From Acaryochloris marina MBIC11017 (GTDB taxonomy: Bacteria > Cyanobacteriota > Cyanobacteriia > Thermosynechococcales > Thermosynechococcaceae), in the NCBI RefSeq assembly GCF_000018105.1, contig NC_009925.1, positions 5,760,001-5,792,000 on the forward strand: 32,000 nt of DNA. Reading direction: 5' to 3'. A model generated the notes under the pieces. The model did not search any database, was not told the origin of the DNA, and saw only the letters and a list, made by a program, of their open reading frames with translations. Made by a program: the position numbers and the translations under genes. Of the stretch, positions 8,537 through 17,440 are shown in pieces. The stretch's first letter is position 1, and each line of letters opens with the position of its first letter.

Positions 8537-9664
8537 TTATGGCGTTATACCCACATCCCGGCGATACACCGTACCGTTCTGCCCAGCAATTTGGCGGGGA
8601 AGTTTGAGGTGGTCGATCACCTGTAAGGTTTTCATATCGTAGGTGGTATAGGTCGTTGATAACGCCTCATAATCAATATCCATCACCGTTAAGGTTTTCT
8701 GAGGGGTGAGATTGCTTCCCACTAATTGGCGTGGGCCCCCTCCTAACGCTCCGGTATGTAGCAGTTGGAGCTGTCCCCGGCGACCGGGATAGTAAGCATG
8801 TTGGTGACCACTAATATAGGTATGAACGTCATAGCGTTCCATGATCACCCTTAACTGCTCGGCATTGCGCAAATACTCACCAGGTTTGTTACGGCCCACC
8901 GCAATTCCATAGAGAGGGAGATGACCAATCATGATCCGAAGTTTCGCCTTCTTGGCTGCGGGACTCTCCAGGCTTCTGACTACCCAGGCGAGTTGTTCTT
9001 GGGTGATTTTAGCAGTGGAAGCATCCCAAACGAGATAGAAGATATCATCCTGAGCAAAAGAGTAATTGAACGGGAAGTTTGCCCGATCGACAAAGGGTAA
9101 ATTGGGGCGCTGTTGATTCCAATAGGAAGAGGCCACTTGCCGATCGACGGTAAAAATATGACGACCTGCCGGTGATAAGGCGCCAGAACCATCGTGATTG
9201 CCAATGGTGAATCCCAAGGGAAGTTGAGCTTTACGAAGGGGGGCTGCTACGTTGCGATCAAAGGCAGCCCACATGGCTTGCAGTTGGGCTCGGTTTAGCG
9301 AACGAGATTGTCCCGCCACCATATCTCCCCCACTTAAAACTAAATCGGGTTGCCAACCAGGGATAAGTGAGATCGCTTTAGTGACTTCGGGGGCATAGGT
9401 GGTTGACCCATACTGACTATTAAAGTCACTAATCACTACTAACCGCACGTCTCCCCTCGGCGGGGCAAATAGCCCTGGAGGTGCTGGAGCTGCCTTGGGT
9501 GAGTTTGGGGCAGGACCAGGGGAGGATGGTGTCGAAACGGAAGGGGGTGAGGAGGCCTGAACGCCTTGGGAAGAAGACCGCCACTGATAAATTCCAACGG
9601 ACAACGCGAACCCGCCAGCGAGAAGACTAGTAACCCAAAGTCGGTGATTGCGAGAAGGTTTCAT
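8537..9664 (-). CDS. Exported calcineurin-like metallophosphoesterase
   Basis: Metallophosphoesterase motifs are present: VVISDFNS, GGDMVAG, GNHD, GHLP, GHQH. The start is preferred at the ATG at 9664 (MKPSRNHRLWVTSLLAGGFALSVGIY), which gives an N-terminal signal/anchor followed by a Pro/Ser-rich linker. The track start at 9760 adds 32 residues. Confidence 0.8.
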   Translation of the reverse strand: MKPSRNHRLWVTSLLAGGFALSVGIYQWRSSSQGVQASSPPSVSTPSSPGPAPNSPKAAPAPPGLFAPPRGDVRLVVISDFNSQYGSTTYAPEVTKAISLIPGWQPDLVLSGGDMVAGQSRSLNRAQLQAMWAAFDRNVAAPLRKAQLPLGFTIGNHDGSGALSPAGRHIFTVDRQVASSYWNQQRPNLPFVDRANFPFNYSFAQDDIFYLVWDASTAKITQEQLAWVVRSLESPAAKKAKLRIMIGHLPLYGIAVGRNKPGEYLRNAEQLRVIMERYDVHTYISGHQHAYYPGRRGQLQLLHTGALGGGPRQLVGSNLTPQKTLTVMDIDYEALSTTYTTYDMKTLQVIDHLKLPRQIAGQNGTVYRRDVGITP

Positions 9665-9788
9665 GGGGGTCAGGTCGTTATCCTTTGGCGCAATGGACTG
9701 GACAGTGGTTAAGCGCTTCATAGTGATGCGAGACTGTTTCGCTATCTTGAGCCTTGCCACTCCTGAAAAGTTCCAGTTTTACATCGAT

Positions 9789-11714
9789 TTAAGGGATTTT
9801 GGCTTCTGTATTGATCTTGTAGTTATTGATAATGCGATTGAGGGGTTTTTCAAGTTCCTTGAATTGATCATTGGGAACGATGAAGCTTAGAATAGCCACT
9901 CGTTTGTCTTTGCGTTCAATAAAGCTATTGCCCAGCAGTTTTACTTCAATGTTGCCGGTTGCTTTGGCGGTATACCCCCAGATGAGCAAAACGCTGCCAT
10001 CTTTTTGGGGTTTAGCGTCTCGGAGAAAGAAGCCCGGTTCCTTCTCAAACGAGTTCTTGAGGAAATCTTGGAGTAACTTGGTTAAATCATCCTGGGTGGG
10101 ATCATAGTCAACATCGAAAATATCGGCGACGAGTCCACCGTTACGGGTTGGATCGGTCCATAATACAATCACTTCACCCGGCTTGCTATTGTCTTTGCTT
10201 TTCCATCCATCGGGAACCAGTAAGGAAAAGGCTTTGGTTTTATGGGTATAGGTGGATAAATTATCAATTTCGACGGACTTAAACCGCCGCCGACTGGGCG
10301 GGGATGGGCTGGGCGAGGGGCTGATCCGAGGGGAAGAGGAGCTAGATTCAACTGGCGAACTCGATTCTTCTGAGGATACGGTTGGATCGACACTATTAAA
10401 GCCAGCGTAGACAACACCACCCAGAATGATGAAGGTCAAACCACCGGCAATGGCCCATAACTTAACGTTATTATTGCTGGGCTCTTCCACTGCAGCAACT
10501 TGTTGTACAGGGGCAGAATAGTTGGCGGCGAAAGGATTAGATGACTGGGTGGCCTGGGGGGACGGCTGAGTCGGAGGTGGGGCCGCTGGCATGGTTGGCG
10601 GCATGGTTGGTGGTACCCCAGCGACGGGGGGTGGCTGCATGATTTTGGTGGGGGGTGGCTCTATCTGAGTATTGAGGGCTTGAATGATTTCTGCCGCAGA
10701 CTGGTATCGATCCACCGGTCGGGGTGCCAACATCTTGTTGAGGATATCAGCCAAGTTAGGGCTTAAGCTGAGTTGTTTTTGCCAGAGCCACTCTAGAGAT
10801 TGGGGATCTTGGAGCTGCTGGGGTGGATGTCCCGTCATCAGCACTAAAGCCGTCACTGCTAGGGCATATAAGTCACTATGGGGGGCCACTAAGCCGAGGC
10901 GCATCTGCTCATCGGGCGCATAGCCAATTTTCCCTAAGCGAGTCCCGCCTGTGGATGCTCCAGGAGAACTCCCTTGAGTGGCCACTTCTGTGGCAACGTC
11001 CAGAGCCACTTGCTTCACCCCACCCATGTCAATCAGGATGGGTAAACCATCTTTGTTCCGCCGGATAATGTTATCGGGGGAAATATCTCGATGAATCACT
11101 CCCTGGCCATGGAGATAACTGAGGACTGGCAGCAGATCTCGGAATAGTTGCGTGACTTCGGTTTCGCTAAAGGTTTGCCCTTGCTGTTGGCGTCCTTCTA
11201 ATAATTGCTGGTATGTGGAGCCTTCGGCGAAATCTTGGACCAGGAATAGCCGTTTTTGGGCGGTAAAAAGCTCCCAGAATCTGGGGATTTGGGGATGCTC
11301 AAGGCGATGGAGGGTGGCCGCTTCTCTTTGGAAGAGTTCTTCCGCTTTCTTTAGGGCGTAGGTGCCTTGAACGGATGGCGTTAATTCCTTGAGGACAATA
11401 ATTTCGTTAAAGCGTCCGGTATCCTCTGCTCGGTAGGTTCTGCCAAATCCACCTTGTCCCAACTGTTGTTGAATCACATAGCGATCGCGGAGTCGCGTTC
11501 CAGGAGGTAACGAGGTATGGATATTTTCTGTGGGGTCTATGTTTGCAGTCGCTTGGGTAGGGGAAGTAGCAGATTGATTGCTGGTTTGAGGAGCGACTGC
11601 AGGGCTGTTTGATCCTGTTGTCGGCGGTTTCAACAATGAAGTCCCACAATATTGGCAGAATCGAGAGTCTGATGAATTTTCTCGCCCACAGGAACTACAC
11701 GTAATCTGAGTCAT
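9789..11714 (-). CDS. Hanks-type Ser/Thr protein kinase: N-terminal zinc ribbon, kinase domain, Pro-rich linker, one TM helix, extracytoplasmic domain of about 160 aa
   Basis: Zinc ribbon CSSCG...CQYCG. Kinase motifs GQGGFGRTY, VLKEL, HRDISPDN, DMGGVK, YAPDEQ. TM helix LWAIAGGLTFIILGGVVYAGF. The C-terminal domain is unassigned (FSLLVPDGWKS...). Confidence 0.9.
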   Translation of the reverse strand: MTQITCSSCGRENSSDSRFCQYCGTSLLKPPTTGSNSPAVAPQTSNQSATSPTQATANIDPTENIHTSLPPGTRLRDRYVIQQQLGQGGFGRTYRAEDTGRFNEIIVLKELTPSVQGTYALKKAEELFQREAATLHRLEHPQIPRFWELFTAQKRLFLVQDFAEGSTYQQLLEGRQQQGQTFSETEVTQLFRDLLPVLSYLHGQGVIHRDISPDNIIRRNKDGLPILIDMGGVKQVALDVATEVATQGSSPGASTGGTRLGKIGYAPDEQMRLGLVAPHSDLYALAVTALVLMTGHPPQQLQDPQSLEWLWQKQLSLSPNLADILNKMLAPRPVDRYQSAAEIIQALNTQIEPPPTKIMQPPPVAGVPPTMPPTMPAAPPPTQPSPQATQSSNPFAANYSAPVQQVAAVEEPSNNNVKLWAIAGGLTFIILGGVVYAGFNSVDPTVSSEESSSPVESSSSSPRISPSPSPSPPSRRRFKSVEIDNLSTYTHKTKAFSLLVPDGWKSKDNSKPGEVIVLWTDPTRNGGLVADIFDVDYDPTQDDLTKLLQDFLKNSFEKEPGFFLRDAKPQKDGSVLLIWGYTAKATGNIEVKLLGNSFIERKDKRVAILSFIVPNDQFKELEKPLNRIINNYKINTEAKIP

Positions 11715-11918
11715 AGAATTAGCATTTCAATTAATGCAGCATTGTCCAAACCAAGTGAAACGCAGAAGTGATTGACCCCTTTCCCATACTGGCGTGTAGC
11801 CATTGATAATTTCAGTATGAGTATTAATTAAGATGTCTGAGACTTCCTGCGTTCACATCATAACCTAGCTCAGTTTAGGTCCTGTTTGAATGATAAAGAT
11901 CACCTGAATTGTCCCGTT

Positions 11919-13922
11919 TTATTCAATCTCAATATTGATGCTGTAGGGGCTGGTTTGATTGGTCGATACTTCGAAGCGATAATCTCCAGATTGAGGTAGT
12001 TGCCCTTGCCAATTGGTTGCCTGAGAGTCGAGTTGACCGATGAGTTGGCCACTGGGACTGAAGAGAGTTAACTGAATATCCCCTTGGCTGATCTTGACTC
12101 CCATAAACTGCTGTGCTCCGGCATTGAGCAAATATCGCTGCCGTTGGCCGGGTTGAATCGTGTTGTTGAGTTGAGTCCCCGTTGTACCAGGGGCAAACTG
12201 CACCCTTGAGGTGGTGTCTTTTGGAGAGATTGGTCTGGGAGTGACCACTTCAACGTCTACGGAAAATTGTTCAGCCCCAGGCTGCTGATTTTCTACCGCG
12301 ATAGTATAGTCCCCATTTGTAGGTAAGGTTGTTTTATCCACAGGGGTTTGCCGATCAGCTTGGGCAATCACACGACCTTGAGGATCGAGGACTTGAACTT
12401 CTACACTGCCCCTGGTTAAGCGCACCGTCATGGTTTGTTGGGCTTGAGCCTGGAGGAGGAACGGTTGCCGTTCATGCTGATTCAAGGTTTGAGTCAATAC
12501 AGCTTCTGTTGCTCCTGGGGCAAACCGAACCCGATTCGCGCCTAACGGGCATACTTGCCGGGTTAAGTTTTTGGAAACCCAACCGTCAGGAGATTGAATT
12601 TGCAGCCATTTCCCTTGGGAACCGAGCACTGACAAGGGGGTGCCGTTGTCAGCGGTGGCAACGATATTGTTGGGGGAGACTTCTGGACTGGACCGAATAT
12701 TTAGGGGAGGGTTTGGATCATTGACGGTGACCTTGCAGTTGGAGGGGAGCGGCGTAATGTTTCTGGTGGGGGGAGGACTGAATGAAGGGGTGGGGGAGGG
12801 CTCAGCAGAGGGTTCAACAGAAGCAGAAGGACTGACGGTCGGATCTGAGGATCGTCCATTGAGTCCTGAAAAATTAGGCATTAGACCGAGGGCGTAAGCG
12901 CCCCCTAGACCTGATAAACCGACAATCCCAGCAGCAATCCACCAAGAACTACGAGACGGTTGGGGAGAAACGGGTTTTGGACTCACAACATTGGTGGCAG
13001 GTAAGTCGGTTGGGGTTGGGTTGGGAATGGGGGCGGTAGGGGGGATGGATCCACTGTGAATAACGGGTTCGGTGGGAGGAATGGCGGCAGGGATAGGTTG
13101 CGAAAGGAGCTGCAAATCTTGAAGAACGTCTGCAACCGATGGGTAGCGAGTATTAAATTGAGATCGCACCATCCGTTCCAAAATTTCAGCAAACCGGGGA
13201 GACACCTGGGGAGCTAGGGAACGCCACTGAATCTCCGCCGTTTGTTCATTAAAGGGAAGCTGTATGGGTTCTACCCCCGTCATGGCTTTGATACCAATCA
13301 TGCCAACGGCATAAATATCGCTGTTGAGGCGAGGGCGGCCCGATAGCTGTTCCCCTGGCATATATCCTTGGGTGCCGATGCCCACGGTATAGCCGACGGA
13401 TTGGCCTGCGGGGGCAATTTGAGTGCGGATTTCTTTGACAGCCCCGAAATCAATTAAGACCAAATGACCATCGGCTCGGCGACGAATCAGGTTGTCCGGC
13501 TTGATATCCCGGTGAATGACTTGGTGATAGTGAACGAAATGCAAGACGTTGAGAATCTCTTGCACAATGCCCAACACTTGGGCTTCGGGTAGGGGTTGGC
13601 CCAGGGGCATTTCATCACTGAGGGGCTGACCTTGAATAAATTCCTGAACGAGATAAAATTCCTTTTGATCTTCAAAGTAGGCGAGTAGCTGGGGAATCTG
13701 ATCATGGCGTCCTAGTTTCTCCAGCATTTCCGCTTCGGTTCGAAACAGACGTCGAGCCACATCAATAAATTGGGTATCAGAGCTGGCTGGTTTCAGATGC
13801 TTCACCACGCATTGGGGATTGCCCGGTCGGCGAGTATCTTCGGCAATATAGGTTTGGCCAAATCCACCGGCCCCTAAGACTGCCGTCACCCTATAGCGCT
13901 GATCGAGCAAAGTACCCAGCAT
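11919..13922 (-). CDS. Hanks-type Ser/Thr protein kinase with TM helix, SH3b-like module and two tandem beta-sandwich-like repeats of about 95 aa
   Basis: Kinase motifs GAGGFGQTY, VVKHLK, HRDIKPDN, DFGAVK, YMPGEQ. TM helix WWIAAGIVGLSGLGGAYALGL. SH3b-like segment LNIRSSPEV...GKWLQIQSPDGWV. Repeats begin VRFAPGATEAVL... and VQFAPGTTGTQL.... The start is preferred at the ATG at 13922 (MLGTLLDQRYRV). The track start at 13961 adds 13 aa. Confidence 0.9.
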   Translation of the reverse strand: MLGTLLDQRYRVTAVLGAGGFGQTYIAEDTRRPGNPQCVVKHLKPASSDTQFIDVARRLFRTEAEMLEKLGRHDQIPQLLAYFEDQKEFYLVQEFIQGQPLSDEMPLGQPLPEAQVLGIVQEILNVLHFVHYHQVIHRDIKPDNLIRRRADGHLVLIDFGAVKEIRTQIAPAGQSVGYTVGIGTQGYMPGEQLSGRPRLNSDIYAVGMIGIKAMTGVEPIQLPFNEQTAEIQWRSLAPQVSPRFAEILERMVRSQFNTRYPSVADVLQDLQLLSQPIPAAIPPTEPVIHSGSIPPTAPIPNPTPTDLPATNVVSPKPVSPQPSRSSWWIAAGIVGLSGLGGAYALGLMPNFSGLNGRSSDPTVSPSASVEPSAEPSPTPSFSPPPTRNITPLPSNCKVTVNDPNPPLNIRSSPEVSPNNIVATADNGTPLSVLGSQGKWLQIQSPDGWVSKNLTRQVCPLGANRVRFAPGATEAVLTQTLNQHERQPFLLQAQAQQTMTVRLTRGSVEVQVLDPQGRVIAQADRQTPVDKTTLPTNGDYTIAVENQQPGAEQFSVDVEVVTPRPISPKDTTSRVQFAPGTTGTQLNNTIQPGQRQRYLLNAGAQQFMGVKISQGDIQLTLFSPSGQLIGQLDSQATNWQGQLPQSGDYRFEVSTNQTSPYSINIEIE

Positions 13923-14046
13923 AAAGGTCCCCTGTGCAACACTCCTGATTCTGGCACACAATGATCTCAGTTCCCGCGTGATGGGAGTGATGGTCGCGTA
14001 TCATCAATGGGGCTTTGTTTATATTCTGCTGCTGAACTGAGTTTTC

Positions 14047-14802
14047 ATGTCTCAAGTGTCGATCATCCTGCCCCTGCTCAATGAAGCAACGGTTCTCAGC
14101 CGGACCCTCAAGCATTTGATGGCCTTAGAGCCTCCCGCCCATGAAATTATCTTGGTGGATGGGGGCAGTACGGATGGAACGGTGGCCATTGCCCAACAGT
14201 ATGCTGAGACCTGGGAAGGAACGAACCTTGTGGTGGTGACGGCAACGGAGCAAGGCCGGTCATCACAGATGAATTATGGCGCTGCGATCGCAACCGGGGA
14301 CATTCTGTGTTTTCTCCATGCCGATACCCTTGTTCCAGATGATCTGGTAGTCTTAATGACCCAAACGCTAGCCCACCCCAATACCGTCTGCGGGGGCTTT
14401 ATCGCTTTGATGTGTGGCGATCAAAGTACTTGCTGGGGCATTACATTGCAGAACTATCTAAAAACCTATCTTGCCGCTGCCATTACTCATCCCTATCTCT
14501 ATCTATGCAAGGGATTTAGAGTCTTATTTGGTGATCAGGTTATCTTCTGTGGCAAACAAGCCTTTTGGGACTGTGGAGGCTTTGATCCAGACCTGCCCAT
14601 TATGGAAGATGCAGACTTCTGCACCAGAATAGTTCAACACGGCAAAATTCGGCTGGTCAACCGCATTGTCCAAACATCCGATCGCAGATTGCAGCAATGG
14701 GGGGCTTGGAAAGCCACATTCATCTATCACTCGATAGGTTGGCTGTGGTTTATGGGTTTACCCGCCGAATTTTTAAAGCGCTTTTATGAAGAGATTCGTT
14801 AG
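14047..14802 (+). CDS. Family 2 (GT-A fold) glycosyltransferase, 251 aa
   Basis: [23 protein letters not shown] and FLHADT (DxD-like) are typical of small GT2 enzymes. Its stop codon overlaps the stop codon of the convergent metK. Confidence 0.8.
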   Translation: MSQVSIILPLLNEATVLSRTLKHLMALEPPAHEIILVDGGSTDGTVAIAQQYAETWEGTNLVVVTATEQGRSSQMNYGAAIATGDILCFLHADTLVPDDLVVLMTQTLAHPNTVCGGFIALMCGDQSTCWGITLQNYLKTYLAAAITHPYLYLCKGFRVLFGDQVIFCGKQAFWDCGGFDPDLPIMEDADFCTRIVQHGKIRLVNRIVQTSDRRLQQWGAWKATFIYHSIGWLWFMGLPAEFLKRFYEEIR

Positions 14803-16055
14803 GCGTTGCCAGATAGGGCAGGACTCAAGGCTTGCTTGAGCAGATCTGCTTTATCGGTGGCTTCCCAAGGCAGATCTAAATCGGTACGACCAAAATGGCC
14901 ATAGGCCGCCACATCTTGGTAGAACCGACCGCCTCGCTCACCTGGGAGTTTGGTTAAGCCGAAGGTTTGAATCAACCCCGCTGGACGAAGTTCGAAATTT
15001 TCTTGAACAACCTGCAGCAGACGATCTTCATCCACCTTGCCAGTGCCAAACGTCTCGATCAAAATGCTAACGGGGCGAGCAACACCAATGGCGTAGCTGA
15101 GCTGAACTTCACACTTCTCGGCCAGCCCGGCAGCAACGATATTCTTAGCTACATATCGGCAGGCATAGGCGGCACTGCGGTCTACTTTTGTGGGATCCTT
15201 ACCGGAAAAAGCACCACCGCCATGACGGGAATATCCTCCGTAGGTATCTACAATAATCTTCCGTCCCGTGAGTCCGGCATCGCCTTGGGGACCCCCTACA
15301 ACAAATTGGCCAGTGGGATTGACAAGGAATCGAGTATTGTCGTCGGGCTTGATGTCAATATCAGCAAAGACAGGGAGTACAACCGCATTCCACAGATCTT
15401 CCTTAATCTTGGCCTGTACTGCGGCAGGGTCAGTAATGTCACCAATGGTGGCATCATGCTGGGTCGAAACAAGAATTGTATCAATGCCGACGGGACGCCC
15501 ATCTTCGTAGGTGACTGTAACCTGAGATTTACCATCGGGTCTTAAATAGCCCAGTTGGGTTTTGCGCACGGCAGCCAAGCGGCGAGTGACTCGATGGGCG
15601 AGGCTAATCGGCAATGGCATCAGTTCAGGGGTCTCGTTGCAGGCAAACCCGAACATTAAGCCTTGGTCACCGGCCCCAATGGCATCCAGCTCTTGATCGC
15701 TTTTCTCTTCGCGGGTTTCTTGGGCGGAGTCAACCCCTTGGGCAATATCTGGAGATTGCTCATCTAGGGCAACCAGGACAGAACAGCTATTGGCGGCAAA
15801 GCCATTATCGGAATCGGTATAGCCAATTTCAGTAATTTTCTGACGAACCAAATCAACAAAGTTGACTTGGGCTTTCGTGGTGATTTCTCCAGTTAAGAGA
15901 ACGAGGCCAGTGTTAACCACTACTTCAGCCGCAACCCGGCTAGCGGGGTCTTGAGAAAGTAGAGCATCAAGAATCGTGTCAGAAATTTGATCACAAACCT
16001 TATCGGGATGGCCTTCAGTCACAGATTCTGAAGTGAAGAGATAACGCTTAGGCAA
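14799..16055 (-). CDS. metK: S-adenosylmethionine synthetase
   Basis: [26 protein letters not shown] and GGGAFSGKD are present. The preferred start is the TTG at 16055 (MPKRYLF...), which lies 9 nt downstream of a perfect AGGAGG (16065-16070, minus strand). The track start at 16079 adds 8 atypical residues. Confidence 0.95.
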   Translation of the reverse strand: MPKRYLFTSESVTEGHPDKVCDQISDTILDALLSQDPASRVAAEVVVNTGLVLLTGEITTKAQVNFVDLVRQKITEIGYTDSDNGFAANSCSVLVALDEQSPDIAQGVDSAQETREEKSDQELDAIGAGDQGLMFGFACNETPELMPLPISLAHRVTRRLAAVRKTQLGYLRPDGKSQVTVTYEDGRPVGIDTILVSTQHDATIGDITDPAAVQAKIKEDLWNAVVLPVFADIDIKPDDNTRFLVNPTGQFVVGGPQGDAGLTGRKIIVDTYGGYSRHGGGAFSGKDPTKVDRSAAYACRYVAKNIVAAGLAEKCEVQLSYAIGVARPVSILIETFGTGKVDEDRLLQVVQENFELRPAGLIQTFGLTKLPGERGGRFYQDVAAYGHFGRTDLDLPWEATDKADLLKQALSPALSGNA

Positions 16056-16118
16056 GATCTTGATCCTCCTGTGGAGCAAAGCGAGAGAACAATAATGAGC
16101 AAAAATTCCTGTGAGTCC

Positions 16119-16138
16119 AGAGAATTATAGCATTCTCT
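16119..16138 (-). promoter_or_regulatory. Inverted repeat (7-bp arms) whose loop carries a minus-strand TATAAT; candidate metK -10 element or HAD-gene 3' hairpin
   Basis: Arms are agagaat (16119-16125) and attctct (16132-16138). Plus-strand attata at 16124-16129 reads TATAAT on the minus strand, 69 nt upstream of the metK TTG. No convincing -35 element was found. Confidence 0.25.
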
Positions 16139-16195
16139 CCTGAATAGACTTTGAGGGGATTGCTAGAATCCTACAATCGCAAACAGAGCATGATT

Positions 16196-16936
16196 TTATG
16201 GGCTGATGGAGAGCTGCTGCCACCTTTCTAAGGAAACATCGGCGAGATGAGTGGAGACTGGATGATGCCATCCCCATTTGACGTATATGCAACCTGCCGC
16301 ATGGGCAGATTTTGCCATTTTCATATCCACAGGTGCATCCCCAATCATTAAGGTTCGGTTAGGGGCGGTCTGCATTTGAGCGCAAATATTAATGAAGAGG
16401 GAGGGATCGGGTTTCGAAATCGATCCGTCAACTCCTTGGGCGGCTTGAAATAGCTCCTGCAGGTGATAGGTATCTAGGAACGCTTGGACATTTTTGCTAC
16501 TGTCTGCAGATAAAATTCCCTGCTTCACCCCTGCCTTAGATAAGGTCGTCAAGGCTTCTAAAGTGTGGGCGAGTAAAGGAGTATGCTCTGCTTTCGGTAT
16601 TAAATAGGTATCGGCTTCGTCAAAAGCGGATTCAACCACTTCTAGTGCCTCTAACCAGTTGTATCCAGTTGATGCGACAGAGGCTGCAGCAGCAATTTGA
16701 TTCTCATAACGACTCCCCACGGCGAGTAAGCCAGCAGGGTTGATATAGGTCTCCTTTAGGCCAAAAGCGAGTAATATCGGTGCCTGAACGGCTGGAACTT
16801 TTGCCTCTATCAAGCGAGACCGGATCTGTCCCAAGCTCATTAAATAGGATTCGACGTTGGCTAAAGTACCGTCTTTGTCAAAAACGATGGCTTCAATATT
16901 GGTAAATGAATGGTCTAGACAGTGAATAGTGGCCAT
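16196..16936 (-). CDS. HAD-superfamily hydrolase (subfamily IA-like phosphatase)
   Basis: The four HAD motifs are present: FDKDGTL (DxDGT), GILSAD, SKPDP, GDAPVD. Confidence 0.8.
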   Translation of the reverse strand: MATIHCLDHSFTNIEAIVFDKDGTLANVESYLMSLGQIRSRLIEAKVPAVQAPILLAFGLKETYINPAGLLAVGSRYENQIAAAASVASTGYNWLEALEVVESAFDEADTYLIPKAEHTPLLAHTLEALTTLSKAGVKQGILSADSSKNVQAFLDTYHLQELFQAAQGVDGSISKPDPSLFINICAQMQTAPNRTLMIGDAPVDMKMAKSAHAAGCIYVKWGWHHPVSTHLADVSLERWQQLSISP

Positions 16937-16997
16937 GGAACAGGCAAATCCTTTGGCAATTAGACCTCAGTGTAAATGATTTTAGTCTGGTCTTTAT

Positions 16998-17011
16998 ATA
17001 TCAATTGATAT
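16998..17011. promoter_or_regulatory. Perfect 14-bp palindrome ATATCAATTGATAT in a divergent promoter region
   Basis: Read directly from the sequence. It lies 62 nt upstream of the HAD ATG (16936) and about 430 nt upstream of the kinase ATG. Confidence 0.3.
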
Positions 17012-17244
17012 CTTCTAGTTTGTTTGGTAAATAACAATATCTGGCTGAGGACTTTTATGCTGCGCTGGTGCAACTAAATATCGATTTTATGATAGTAGAT
17101 AAAGTTGTGATTCTGGTAATTAAATAGGATTATTGATCTTGTATTTTAGTAGGCTATTGGGGAATTTAATTGCGATCTTAATGGATTCTGTTTGCTTTGT
17201 TGATGTGGTGATAGTCTGCTTGTGTAGGATAAATATTTCTACTG

Positions 17245-17258
17245 ATAGATCGATCTAT
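17245..17258. promoter_or_regulatory. Perfect 14-bp palindrome ATAGATCGATCTAT
   Basis: Read directly from the sequence. It lies about 180 nt upstream of the hybrid kinase ATG at 17441. Confidence 0.3.
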
Positions 17259-17440
17259 GGCTAGTGTTTTTTCGGCGACAAACTGGGAGTTTTGGGTAAT
17301 CCAATTGTTATTGATCGAACTCTTTTGCTGCTGGGAAAACTAAGGTGTATTAAACGAGACTTTATTTGCTTTTTCTACTGTTTTTAATAGGTAGGGATTG
17401 AAGTTTTCTCCATTCCGGTATCCTTGGATAGACACTGCAC

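Noticed and set aside
8537-9664. The metallophosphoesterase as the cognate PPP-type protein phosphatase of the adjacent kinases
   Set aside because: A predicted signal/anchor and a Pro/Ser linker place its catalytic domain outside the cytoplasm, away from the kinase domains. Its motif set is generic calcineurin-like, not PPP-specific.
14967-15545. A 192-aa ORF antisense to metK, plus smaller ones at 15268-15835
   Set aside because: The MetK frame is certain. The antisense ORFs have no motifs and are probably shadow frames.
16056-16195. A SAM riboswitch in the metK leader
   Set aside because: I found only a 7-bp hairpin (16119-16138) and no multi-helix junction resembling the SAM-I, SAM-II or SAM-IV classes. 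A covariance-model scan (Infernal/Rfam) would be needed to exclude it formally.
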